IMG/VR virus record: IMGVR_UViG_3300043449_001791
Coordinates: 1 to 37,074 of that record
Direction: 5' to 3' (one strand)
Source: a virus
Taxonomy: Duplodnaviria; Caudoviricetes
Length of the DNA: 37,074 nt
Numbering within the stretch: position 1 is the stretch's first letter; each line of letters opens with the position of its first letter. The position numbers and the translations under genes were made by a program. Shown here in pieces: positions 8,134 through 15,614 of this stretch. The notes under the pieces are model-generated. The model did not search any database. It had not been told where the DNA came from and worked only from the letters and a program-made list of their open reading frames with translations.

Positions 8134-8505
8134 ATGACCACATCAGACCGAGTCGAGCTAGAGATTGAAGCCGCCAAAATCCGGCGGGAGCAACTGGAAA
8201 CAGAATTAGCTATTAAGGACAGCTTGCGGGCGCTGGAAGCGCATGAAACTATTTTGGCGGCGGCACCCGAATCAATCAGGGAATACGCCCAAGGATTAGA
8301 GCGGAGCGATTGGAATTTCCAAGTGCGCTTTGACCTGCCCAATTTTTCCATTCTAGGGCGGATATCCAAAATGAAACTACATCCCCAGGTCGAATGGCAT
8401 TGGACAAGGCGCAACGCCTGGCATCATGTCCACACCCTGGATGAAGCATTGGTCTATGGCGCAGAGCAGGGCGCCCGGTGGGTCGATATCCCCCCACCAT
8501 TCTAA
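8134..8505 (+). CDS. Hypothetical early protein
   Basis: AGGAG RBS; N-terminal coiled coil; first gene of the rightward operon. Confidence 0.7.
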   Translation: MTTSDRVELEIEAAKIRREQLETELAIKDSLRALEAHETILAAAPESIREYAQGLERSDWNFQVRFDLPNFSILGRISKMKLHPQVEWHWTRRNAWHHVHTLDEALVYGAEQGARWVDIPPPF

Positions 8506-8518
8506 CGTGCATGAACGA

Positions 8519-8563
8519 GCGCCCGGTTTTTCTGTGCGTGCGCATGGGGCCGGGTGTTTTTTT
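8519..8563 (+). terminator. Intrinsic terminator/attenuator
   Basis: GCGCCCGGTTTT...GGGGCCGGGTGT stem with several G-U pairs, followed by a T tract. Confidence 0.6.
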
Positions 8564-8584
8564 CTGAAAGCAGGAGGCAGGCAG

Positions 8585-8785
8585 ATGGCAGGAAGACTAA
8601 ACGGATTAGTCATTAAGGTGAAAGAGGGGGAGCGTTTCCTTCTCAACATGGATGGCACGTCGTGCTGGGTCGGCGTCGCCGGCGTCGGCACAAGCGCAGC
8701 TCGACTTGTCGTCGATGCGCCTAAAAACGTGGTGGTGGTACGTGAAAAAATCATTAAGGAGTTAGAACGATGCAGACAGCTATAG
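8585..8785 (+). CDS. csrA: CsrA/RsmA-like carbon storage regulator
   Basis: LVIKVKEGE...ARLVVDAPKNVVVVREKI aligns with the CsrA pattern LxRKxGE...VRLGIxAPxxVxVxRxEI; AGGAGG RBS. Confidence 0.7.
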   Translation: MAGRLNGLVIKVKEGERFLLNMDGTSCWVGVAGVGTSAARLVVDAPKNVVVVREKIIKELERCRQL

Positions 8786-9654
8786 CATTAAAAACCGAAA
8801 AATCCCTTGAAATAAACGGATTTGGTGAAGCCGTGAAACTGGCGGAGATTATGGCAACCGCAAAACTGGTGCCTACACACCTGCAAAAATCACCCGCTGA
8901 TTGTTTGCTAGTTATTGAGCAGGCGATCAGATGGGGCATGTCGCCTTTTGCGGTGGCGCAGGCCACCAGCATTATCAGCGGCAAGCTGATGTTTGAAGGA
9001 AAATTGGTGGCCGCCGCCATCCAAGGCAGCGGCGTGATCAATGGAAGCCTTAACTATTCCTACCAGGGAACGGGCGACCAACGGCAAATTACGGTCAGCG
9101 GCACGCTACGGGGAGAAAGTGAGCCCCGCACAATCACCGCTAAATTAGCCGATGTAAAGACCAAGAACGAGCAATGGACAAAGGCTCCTGACCAGATGCT
9201 TTCGTACATGGGAGCAAGGATTTGGGCCCGCCGCCATGCCCCTTCGGTCATGCTGGGCGTGTACGCCCCTGATGAATTTGACGACGCACCAGCCCCAGCA
9301 AAAAAGGCCAAGGCAGTGCAAAATATTCAAGTGACGCCCGAGGCGGCGGAGGATGGGGTCAAAGTTATGCCCACGGAGGCCCCGTCTTCTGCACCTTTAG
9401 CCGATCCATCAATTACCCAGGAACAACTTAAGGAAATTAACTTTCTTTTGAAACAACTGGGATACACCAAGGAAAAAAAGACGGCATGGGGCGAGGAAGT
9501 CAAAGCTCTCTACAACGTCAATAAGCCTACCGAATTGACCAAGATAGACGCCGAAGCAGTCATAACCGACCTAAACCATGAACTGGATTTAGTGAATCTT
9601 GACAACAACCCTTTTAAAGAAACCGCAACCGCAACTGTAGGAGGTGCCAAGTAA
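8770..9654 (+). CDS. RecT-family single-strand annealing protein
   Basis: SPADCLLVIEQAIRWGMSPFAVAQ...GKL...PDQML...ARRHAP...GVYAPDE motifs. Confidence 0.8.
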   Translation: MQTAIALKTEKSLEINGFGEAVKLAEIMATAKLVPTHLQKSPADCLLVIEQAIRWGMSPFAVAQATSIISGKLMFEGKLVAAAIQGSGVINGSLNYSYQGTGDQRQITVSGTLRGESEPRTITAKLADVKTKNEQWTKAPDQMLSYMGARIWARRHAPSVMLGVYAPDEFDDAPAPAKKAKAVQNIQVTPEAAEDGVKVMPTEAPSSAPLADPSITQEQLKEINFLLKQLGYTKEKKTAWGEEVKALYNVNKPTELTKIDAEAVITDLNHELDLVNLDNNPFKETATATVGGAK

Positions 9655-10160
9655 TGAGCATTTTAGATTTAGCTAGTGGATCAAAAATTCTTGAATTTTG
9701 GGCCGAAAAAGACGGCTTTGTCGAAGGCGAAATTGACCCCGTGCTTGACGAACTACTTCAAGAACTTGAGGGCAGAATTGAGGACAAGGTCGAAGCCTAT
9801 TGCCGCATCATTCGGGAGCTTGAGCTTACGTCGGCGGCTAGGAAGGAAGAAGCAGAGCGAATCCGCAAACTTTCCGACCAAGACGGCAACACGGTGAAGG
9901 CGATGAAGGGCAGGCTAATGTACTTTTTCAGCCTGCAATCCATCGACAAATTGAAGACGCCAAACTTCAATTTGAGCATCTGCAACAACGGCGGGAACCA
10001 GCCCCTGGACATCACCGTACCGCCTGAAAGCTTGCCAACCGATTGCCAGAAAATCACCTTGAGCCCTAACCTGGACGTGATCCGGGAGAAGATCAAGGCG
10101 GGTGAAGTTATCGCCGGCGTTACTGTCCTACCCCGTGGCCAGCATTTACGTATTAAATAA
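9654..10160 (+). CDS. Siphovirus Gp157-like protein
   Basis: IEDKVEAY...KEEAERI...KLKTPNFNLSI...IKAGEVIAGV...HLRIK pattern; next to the recombinase. Confidence 0.8.
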   Translation: MSILDLASGSKILEFWAEKDGFVEGEIDPVLDELLQELEGRIEDKVEAYCRIIRELELTSAARKEEAERIRKLSDQDGNTVKAMKGRLMYFFSLQSIDKLKTPNFNLSICNNGGNQPLDITVPPESLPTDCQKITLSPNLDVIREKIKAGEVIAGVTVLPRGQHLRIK

Positions 10161-10172
10161 GGAGGTTTAAAC

Positions 10173-11099
10173 ATGAAGATGACTACTATTACCAGCGTTA
10201 AATTTATGCGCCTAAAGCGAAAGCTGGGCCTTACTCATTGGCAGGCCGTGGGGCTTCTCGAAAGTCTGTGGGTGTTTGTTGCCGCCAATGCCATGGCCGG
10301 CGACGTCGGCAGGCACACCAATGAGGACATTGCCGCCGCCATTGAATGGTCGGGCGATTGCGACCAGATGATCAATGTTTTGGTCGAAACCGGGTGGCTG
10401 GATAACCACTTGGAATGCCGGCTGGTAGTCCACGATTGGGACGAACATTGCCCGACCTACATCAAGGGCATCATGTCCAAGAAGGGCAAAACGTTTTTTA
10501 CTAGGGGCGACCTTAGTAGCCCCGGAGAAGCGTCTCCGAGTGGACTAAGTAGCCCCGAAGCCCCGCCTGCAACCGACCTTAGTAGCCCGGTGGGTGGCTC
10601 TCCGGCCTTACTTAGTAGCTCGGAGGCCCCACCTTCGACCCTACTTAGTAGCTTGGAGGCCCCACCTGCAACCCTACTTAGTAGCCCAGGAAACCCGCCT
10701 GCAGAGCTACTACCTAGGCAAGGCTATCCTAGGCAATTCAATTCAAGTCTTGCCAAGGGGGGGCAGGCGGCCACCCCGGAACCCGCCCACCACCTGACGA
10801 CCACTTGGAACTTCTACGCCCGCGGCAGCCGCCCAGGCAATGAGACTTTTCCGAAGGTCATCGAAGTTTTTGCCGAGGCCCTTCGCCGTGGAATCAAGCC
10901 GGCGACGATTCAAGCGGCCATTGAAGACCCCAAGCGTGACCGCACCGAGCCGCTATTTTTGTTTTCGGATCGCGAACTTCGCCCCCAGCAGCGCAAGGGC
11001 CCGGCGACGCCAAAAAGCACCGAAGAACTTTTGGACGCCATGACCGCCGATTCACGCCAAAGGGACGTGCTGGAGGTGGCATATCATGGGCGAAACTAA
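10173..11099 (+). CDS. Putative replication initiator protein
   Basis: N-terminal wHTH-like region (KFMRLKRKL...AVGLLESLW...GWLD...HDWDEH); internal iteron-like repeats; position in the replication module. Confidence 0.7.
   Translation: MKMTTITSVKFMRLKRKLGLTHWQAVGLLESLWVFVAANAMAGDVGRHTNEDIAAAIEWSGDCDQMINVLVETGWLDNHLECRLVVHDWDEHCPTYIKGIMSKKGKTFFTRGDLSSPGEASPSGLSSPEAPPATDLSSPVGGSPALLSSSEAPPSTLLSSLEAPPATLLSSPGNPPAELLPRQGYPRQFNSSLAKGGQAATPEPAHHLTTTWNFYARGSRPGNETFPKVIEVFAEALRRGIKPATIQAAIEDPKRDRTEPLFLFSDRELRPQQRKGPATPKSTEELLDAMTADSRQRDVLEVAYHGRN
10509..10706 (+). repeat. Six iteron-like repeats at 33-bp period (candidate replication origin)
   Basis: CT(T/A)AGTAGC at 10512, 10545, 10578, 10611, 10644, 10677; the fullest copies contain the inverted repeat CTACT-T-AGTAG. 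Confidence 0.8.
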
Positions 11100-11841
11100 C
11101 TTGACCACGCAGGCCGACGCCGCCGCCGAGAAAGCCGCCTGGATGCGCTGGGGAGATTATCACCGCACCCTTTTCGGATGGCATTCCGACAACGATGGGC
11201 GCATGGTGGCCACATGGATCGGATTTTTCAGGCGATCAGGATTCACGCCCGAGGAAATGCAGGCCGCCACCGATGGCGTCGCCCGTCAAGAGATTCCGCC
11301 CTTTAGCCATGAGAAACATTTAAACGCCTTGGAGCAACATGCGTTGATGTTTCGCCGGGAAAAAATCAAGCGCACCGCCTACGCCGTGGCCGAAGAAAGG
11401 GGCACTTGCACCGATTGTTTTAACTCCGGCCTGATCAGCGTCCCTTGGTTGCCCGACGTGGTCGATGGCGTCTGGTGCAGCACCCGTACCGCATCCGTGT
11501 GGTGCCGCTGTGCCGATGGCCGAGTGTACGCCGGCGTCAAGGATCACCGGGACAGGCCGCTAATGGGCAGCACCGAATACTTTACCCGCAATCCCAAATG
11601 GCGCCAGCAGATGGCGGAGCGCCAGGAACTAAAAACCGAGAAGGCGATTTTAGTCGAGGACATCGAAATGGCCGCCGGCGGCGACACCAAGCCCCGAGCC
11701 GTGCTAGACCGGATTATTACCCGCATGTCGGTTCGCTTTGGGCTTATCCCCGGAGATGAGCCGGAAAAAATTGACCCCGCCAGCGTGGCGTGGTCAGAAG
11801 GTCGTGTAACTAAGGATTGGAAACCAGGAGACCCCGTATGA
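11086..11841 (+). CDS. Zn-binding replication-associated protein (possible helicase loader)
   Basis: CTDCFNSG...WCRCADG motif; directly follows the initiator. Confidence 0.5.
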   Translation: MGETNLTTQADAAAEKAAWMRWGDYHRTLFGWHSDNDGRMVATWIGFFRRSGFTPEEMQAATDGVARQEIPPFSHEKHLNALEQHALMFRREKIKRTAYAVAEERGTCTDCFNSGLISVPWLPDVVDGVWCSTRTASVWCRCADGRVYAGVKDHRDRPLMGSTEYFTRNPKWRQQMAERQELKTEKAILVEDIEMAAGGDTKPRAVLDRIITRMSVRFGLIPGDEPEKIDPASVAWSEGRVTKDWKPGDPV

Positions 11842-12278
11842 TTTTTAACAACAACGATTTTTCTACCCCGCCGACAAAGCAAAAAACTTTTGCGGATCTG
11901 CCCGAAGGCACTTACAGCGTGACGATTGAAAGCGAGGAAACCAAGCCGACTAAGGCCGGAACCGGGGAATACCTGCAACTGGTTTTCAAAGTCGATGAGG
12001 GCCCAAGGGCAGGGGCCAAAATATTTGACCGATTGAACCTTAGAAACCCAAGCGCCAAAGCTGTGGAAATAGCGCAGGAAGCCCTTGCACGCCTGTGCGA
12101 AGTGGTCGGCCTGACCAACCCCAACGACAGCAACGAATTAGTGGGAAGGCGTCTAAAAGTGATTACGCAGAACGAGCATTACCAGGGCAAGGTCTACCCC
12201 CGAGTCAAAGGCTATCAGGCCCACCCGGAAGCCGAAGCGCAAGCCGAAGCGGAATTTTTGGACGACTTACCCTTCTGA
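11838..12278 (+). CDS. DUF669 family protein, phage ssDNA-binding protein
   Basis: LPEGTYSVTI...TKAGTGEYLQLVF...IFDRLNL...AVEIA; acidic tail DDLPF. Confidence 0.85.
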   Translation: MIFNNNDFSTPPTKQKTFADLPEGTYSVTIESEETKPTKAGTGEYLQLVFKVDEGPRAGAKIFDRLNLRNPSAKAVEIAQEALARLCEVVGLTNPNDSNELVGRRLKVITQNEHYQGKVYPRVKGYQAHPEAEAQAEAEFLDDLPF

Positions 12279-12280
12279 GA

Positions 12281-12353
12281 TCCCTCAGGGGCGGAGCGCA
12301 GCACCAGCGCAAGAGAACTCCAGGGAGACCACGGTACCCCGCCCGCCGTGGTC
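12281..12353 (+). ncRNA. Candidate structured RNA element (two stem-loops, possible pseudoknot)
   Basis: TCCCT/AGGGA, GGAG/CTCC and GACCACGG/CCGTGGTC stems; GGGCGG (12289) is complementary to loop CCGCCC (12339). Confidence 0.35.
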
Positions 12354-12394
12354 ATTTAAGCTTAAGGGCCAAAATGATTTAACACGGGGCAGGC

Positions 12395-12574
12395 ATGGAT
12401 CAGTGGGAACCATTACGGGACGAGGCCCGACGTCGCCGACTTTTGGAATTGCAATGGAAACCCACACCTAACACCCGCAGGTCATGGACTGACCCCACGG
12501 GGCAGCAGTGGCCGGAAGCGAAAGCTTTTGAGTGGCTACGACAGAATGACGACCCAGTCCATCTGAGGTTCTAA
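12395..12574 (+). CDS. Small hypothetical protein (59 aa; not in ORF track)
   Basis: MDQWEPLRDEARRRRLLELQWK...WTDPTGQQWPEAKAFEWLRQ; TAATG overlap with the next gene. Confidence 0.6.
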   Translation: MDQWEPLRDEARRRRLLELQWKPTPNTRRSWTDPTGQQWPEAKAFEWLRQNDDPVHLRF

Positions 12575-13458
12575 TGCCGAAAAAAGCCAAGGATACAGGC
12601 TCAAACGACGATTGGAAAATCGAACGCACTGATAGCCACGTTCATCGACTAGTCGCCTATTACTCTCGCGTCAACGACACCCGCACCATCTACGCCTTAT
12701 CTGATTTGCACTGGGACAGCGCCCATTGCGAGCGGGATATTCTAAAAAAACATCTAGACGCCGCCGTTCAAGAAAACGCCATGATTATTATGGTCGGCGA
12801 CGTGTTTGACCTGATGCAAGGCAAATGGGATCCAAGAAGGGATCAAAGCGTCTTAAGGCCCGAACATCGGGGCAACTGCTACCTGGACAGCGTGCTAGAC
12901 ACCGCCGTCGAATGGTTCAGCCCTTACGCCAAACACATCGCCCTGATCAGCCCAGGCAACCACGAAACTAGCGTGCAGGCCCGCAACGACACGAACATGA
13001 CGCAGCGTTTTGCTGATGGATTGCGTCCCCATGGATTCCGGGGCGCCGTGGGACAATATTGGGGCTGGATAATTTTTCAAAGTAATTTGTACAACAGCGT
13101 CGCTACCAGGCGCATTCATTATCATCACGGCTACGGCGGCGGCGGCGAAGTGACGAGAGGCTTGATTGACAATAATAGAACCCGTGGCCAGTACGAGGGC
13201 GGCGACGTGTATTTGTCCGGGCATATTCATCGGCGCAACGTCGATGAAAACAATCCAATAAGAGTCAGCGCTAACGGAAATTTAGAAATGGCGCAGCAGT
13301 TTTTTTTACGATGTGCCAGCTACAAAAATGAACACACCGACGGCTGGCATGTATCCAAGGGCCGGGCAGGGCGACCTATTGGAGGTTGGGCGATTGACTT
13401 GACATTCAGTCGAAACAAAAAATTATCACATTTAAACATCGCAACAAGGATGCTATGA
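12574..13458 (+). CDS. Calcineurin-like metallophosphoesterase
   Basis: SDLH, GDVFD, GNHE, HHG and GHIH motifs in canonical order. Confidence 0.9.
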   Translation: MPKKAKDTGSNDDWKIERTDSHVHRLVAYYSRVNDTRTIYALSDLHWDSAHCERDILKKHLDAAVQENAMIIMVGDVFDLMQGKWDPRRDQSVLRPEHRGNCYLDSVLDTAVEWFSPYAKHIALISPGNHETSVQARNDTNMTQRFADGLRPHGFRGAVGQYWGWIIFQSNLYNSVATRRIHYHHGYGGGGEVTRGLIDNNRTRGQYEGGDVYLSGHIHRRNVDENNPIRVSANGNLEMAQQFFLRCASYKNEHTDGWHVSKGRAGRPIGGWAIDLTFSRNKKLSHLNIATRML

Positions 13459-13459
13459 C

Positions 13460-13804
13460 ATGGCTGATTTTTGGGAAGAAGAACATACCGAATCTGAAAG
13501 CGGCAGCGACTGGAAAGCCGACGCCGCCAATCCCTACGAGGAATTTATCCTGGACTTTTTGGAAAACTACGAGGCTAAAATGCCCGAGAAATACGCCGCC
13601 ATGTTTAAAAGCATCATCGACGCCGTGCTAGAACGGGAGTGGTATCTGGAGGAATCCGAGACCACCGCTAACGCCGCATTATTTGCCGTGACCTACACCA
13701 TTAGTCTTGGTGTGCCTGTTTCCCTGACCGTGGCAAAATCTTTAAGCGCAGTGATAAGCCAGTGCGTGCGAGACGACATTAAAGCCGAAAACGAGCGCAA
13801 CTAA
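13460..13804 (+). CDS. Acidic hypothetical protein
   Basis: 114-aa ORF coupled to neighbours; Glu/Asp-rich. Confidence 0.65.
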   Translation: MADFWEEEHTESESGSDWKADAANPYEEFILDFLENYEAKMPEKYAAMFKSIIDAVLEREWYLEESETTANAALFAVTYTISLGVPVSLTVAKSLSAVISQCVRDDIKAENERN

Positions 13805-14040
13805 TGGATTCTAAAATTAATCACCCGCCGCATTACACCGCCTCACCAATCGAGTGCATTGACGCAATTCAAGCCGCTTTGGGCAAAGAAGCTTTCATCG
13901 ATTTTTGCAGAGGGCAGGCCATCAAATACCTATGGCGTGCAAGGCTCAAAGACACCTTGGAAGAAAACTTGCAAAAGGCGCAATGGTATCTTCACAGGGC
14001 GCTATTGGAGATCAACAATGAGTATCATCAAACGCATTAG
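13804..14040 (+). CDS. DUF3310 domain protein
   Basis: INHPPHYT...IECIDAI...FCRGQAIKYLWRA...LQKAQWYL. Confidence 0.9.
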   Translation: MDSKINHPPHYTASPIECIDAIQAALGKEAFIDFCRGQAIKYLWRARLKDTLEENLQKAQWYLHRALLEINNEYHQTH

Positions 14041-14341
14041 CGAGTATTTTCAAGGGATGCCGGCCCGGTCGCCGCAGTGGCCGGCAGTGCGCAAGGCGTG
14101 GCTAAAAGACAATCCGACATGCGCCGCCTGTGGAAGCCAAGACAACGTCGAGGTGCATCATATTGAGCCGTTTTTTTTACGGCCCGACCTCGAACTTACC
14201 GCATCAAATTTTATCACCCTTTGCGAAAACGGCGGCAACTGTCACCTATTTGTCGGCCACCTGAAAAACTGGAAAAGCTACAACAGAAGCGTGAAAGAAG
14301 ACGCCGCCATCGTCCTTAAAAAAGTTAAAGCACGTCCATAA
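14018..14341 (+). CDS. HNH endonuclease
   Basis: CAACG...EVHHI...NFITLC...CH...H; GGAG RBS before ATG 14018. Confidence 0.9.
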   Translation: MSIIKRISEYFQGMPARSPQWPAVRKAWLKDNPTCAACGSQDNVEVHHIEPFFLRPDLELTASNFITLCENGGNCHLFVGHLKNWKSYNRSVKEDAAIVLKKVKARP

Positions 14342-14347
14342 TTTTTG

Positions 14348-14375
14348 TTGACAGCTGCATTGAATTTGTTACAAA
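14348..14375 (+). promoter_or_regulatory. Putative sigma70 promoter
   Basis: TTGACA-16 bp-TACAAA with TG extension, in the gap after the HNH gene. Confidence 0.4.
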
Positions 14376-14472
14376 AGAAAATACATATGAGAGCGAGTAC
14401 CTAACCCTCTCGGAACACCAATCACCGGCATAACTGGCAGGACGCCACGCCCCAGGTCGAAAAATCCCAACA

Positions 14473-14979
14473 GTGCAGGTTGAACTATCTCCCGCCGATA
14501 TCGGCGTGATACACACGTTAGGCGCATTGCGTACCGCCGTTTCCAAAGCGAGCGGCGCAACTCCCAGGCAGTTTGGGCATGATCAAACCGCCGTCGATGT
14601 GACCGGCGTTGCCGCCGAATACGCCTGGGCGAAACATCACAACACCTTCCCGGATTTAACTTTTACTTCTAGGAAAAACGGCTACGACAATCTCACCGCC
14701 GGCAAACGGGTCGACATCAAATCGACCGCGCAGCTATCGGGCCGGTTGATCAGCAACCCCCAACAAAACAACCCCGACGTGGATTTGATGGTGCTTGCCA
14801 TCGTGCAATTACCCATCGTGCATTTCGTGGGATGGTGCAGGCCGGATGAGCTACGCCGCCCGGAGCATCTGATCGACCTGGGGCATGGCCCGGTTTACGC
14901 CTTGGCGCAGGGACACCCGGCGCTTAGACCGTTCAAAAAAGCATTGAGGAAAACACCCGCCGCAGTGGCGGGCGATTAG
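14473..14979 (+). CDS. Hypothetical protein with PD-(D/E)XK-like motif
   Basis: GVAAEYAW...GYD...VDIKST pattern; GTG start. Confidence 0.55.
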   Translation: MQVELSPADIGVIHTLGALRTAVSKASGATPRQFGHDQTAVDVTGVAAEYAWAKHHNTFPDLTFTSRKNGYDNLTAGKRVDIKSTAQLSGRLISNPQQNNPDVDLMVLAIVQLPIVHFVGWCRPDELRRPEHLIDLGHGPVYALAQGHPALRPFKKALRKTPAAVAGD

Positions 14980-15007
14980 GAAGGTTTCTCTAGAGGAGGT
15001 TTCTATC

Positions 15008-15187
15008 ATGTTAGCGATTCTTTTGACCTTGGCGCTTGGCGCCGGCGGCGATTGTTTCGGCGGCCAGTGCAGCGCAGCCCGTGGCGCCCGTGTCAGCGTG
15101 CAAACCACGACCACCCGAGTTGTGAAGCGGGAGCGGTGCGGCAGGCTGTTCCAACGTCGTGGCAAGTGCGGCGGCGGCTGTCGCTAA
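15008..15187 (+). CDS. Small exported Cys/Gly/Arg-rich peptide (59 aa; not in ORF track)
   Basis: GAGGAGG RBS; MLAILLTLALGAGGDCFGGQCSAARGARVSVQTTTTRVVKRERCGRLFQRRGKCGGGCR. Confidence 0.7.
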   Translation: MLAILLTLALGAGGDCFGGQCSAARGARVSVQTTTTRVVKRERCGRLFQRRGKCGGGCR

Positions 15188-15195
15188 TCCGACCA

Positions 15196-15265
15196 CACCG
15201 CAACCGGCACGCCCTATGTGGTAGTGGGGCGACGCCGGGCCGATATTCACCTTTTCGGTGCGGTG
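15196..15265 (+). ncRNA. Three-way-junction structured RNA, unit 1
   Basis: P1 CACCGCA/TGCGGTG; A; P2 CCGGC/GCCGG plus CGCCCTA/TGGGGCG; G; P3 CCGA/TCGG. Confidence 0.65.
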
Positions 15266-15273
15266 CTAACTTA

Positions 15274-15344
15274 CCCCCGCAACCGGATCGTTAGAAGGTA
15301 AATACTGACGGGCCGGGCCGGTAAACGCAACAGCGGTGCGGGGG
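15274..15344 (+). ncRNA. Three-way-junction structured RNA, unit 2
   Basis: P1 CCCCCGCA/TGCGGGGG; A; P2 CCGG/CCGG plus TCGTTAG/CTGACGG; G; P3 CCG/CGG; same topology as unit 1. Confidence 0.65.
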
Positions 15345-15365
15345 CTTTAAAAACAAAAGGAAAAA

Positions 15366-15614
15366 ATGAAATTTAAAATACTGGCGATAGCTACATCGCT
15401 TCCAGGTTGGGTAGCAAAATTTAGCCACGAAAACGGTTCAACAACTTATAAGCCTGTGGCTTTTTGGGCGATTGTTAATGATGAAGGTTTTTTAGGACAT
15501 CGTGTAGTAGGTTTTAGCGAAACAGATGGCACAGGATTTTGCCCCGATGATTCACACGAAAATTTTGAAGGTTGGACAAAGATTGACTACTTAAAAACGG
15601 GAAACAATGATTAA
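15366..15614 (+). CDS. Hypothetical protein (AT-rich cassette)
   Basis: 82-aa ORF with AAGGA RBS directly after the RNA units. Confidence 0.65.
   Translation: MKFKILAIATSLPGWVAKFSHENGSTTYKPVAFWAIVNDEGFLGHRVVGFSETDGTGFCPDDSHENFEGWTKIDYLKTGNND

Noticed and set aside
10509-10706. 33-bp periodic repeats as a mini-CRISPR or guide array
   Set aside because: Conserved core is only 9-12 bp, intervening parts resemble each other, and the array sits inside the initiator ORF like iterons.
12275-12370. Hammerhead, HDV-like or pistol ribozyme
   Set aside because: Catalytic core sequences and required stem order were not found on either strand by eye.
12375-12400. SAM-II riboswitch suggested by TGATTTAAC
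   Set aside because: No flanking P1 stem and no downstream GCTAAA-type element; the region runs into a small ORF.
15216-15225. 9-nt matches of the unit 1 loop to 6733-6741 (identical) and 52-60 (complementary) as targets
   Set aside because: 9-mers are expected by chance in 37 kb on two strands, and the second loop has no adjacent match.
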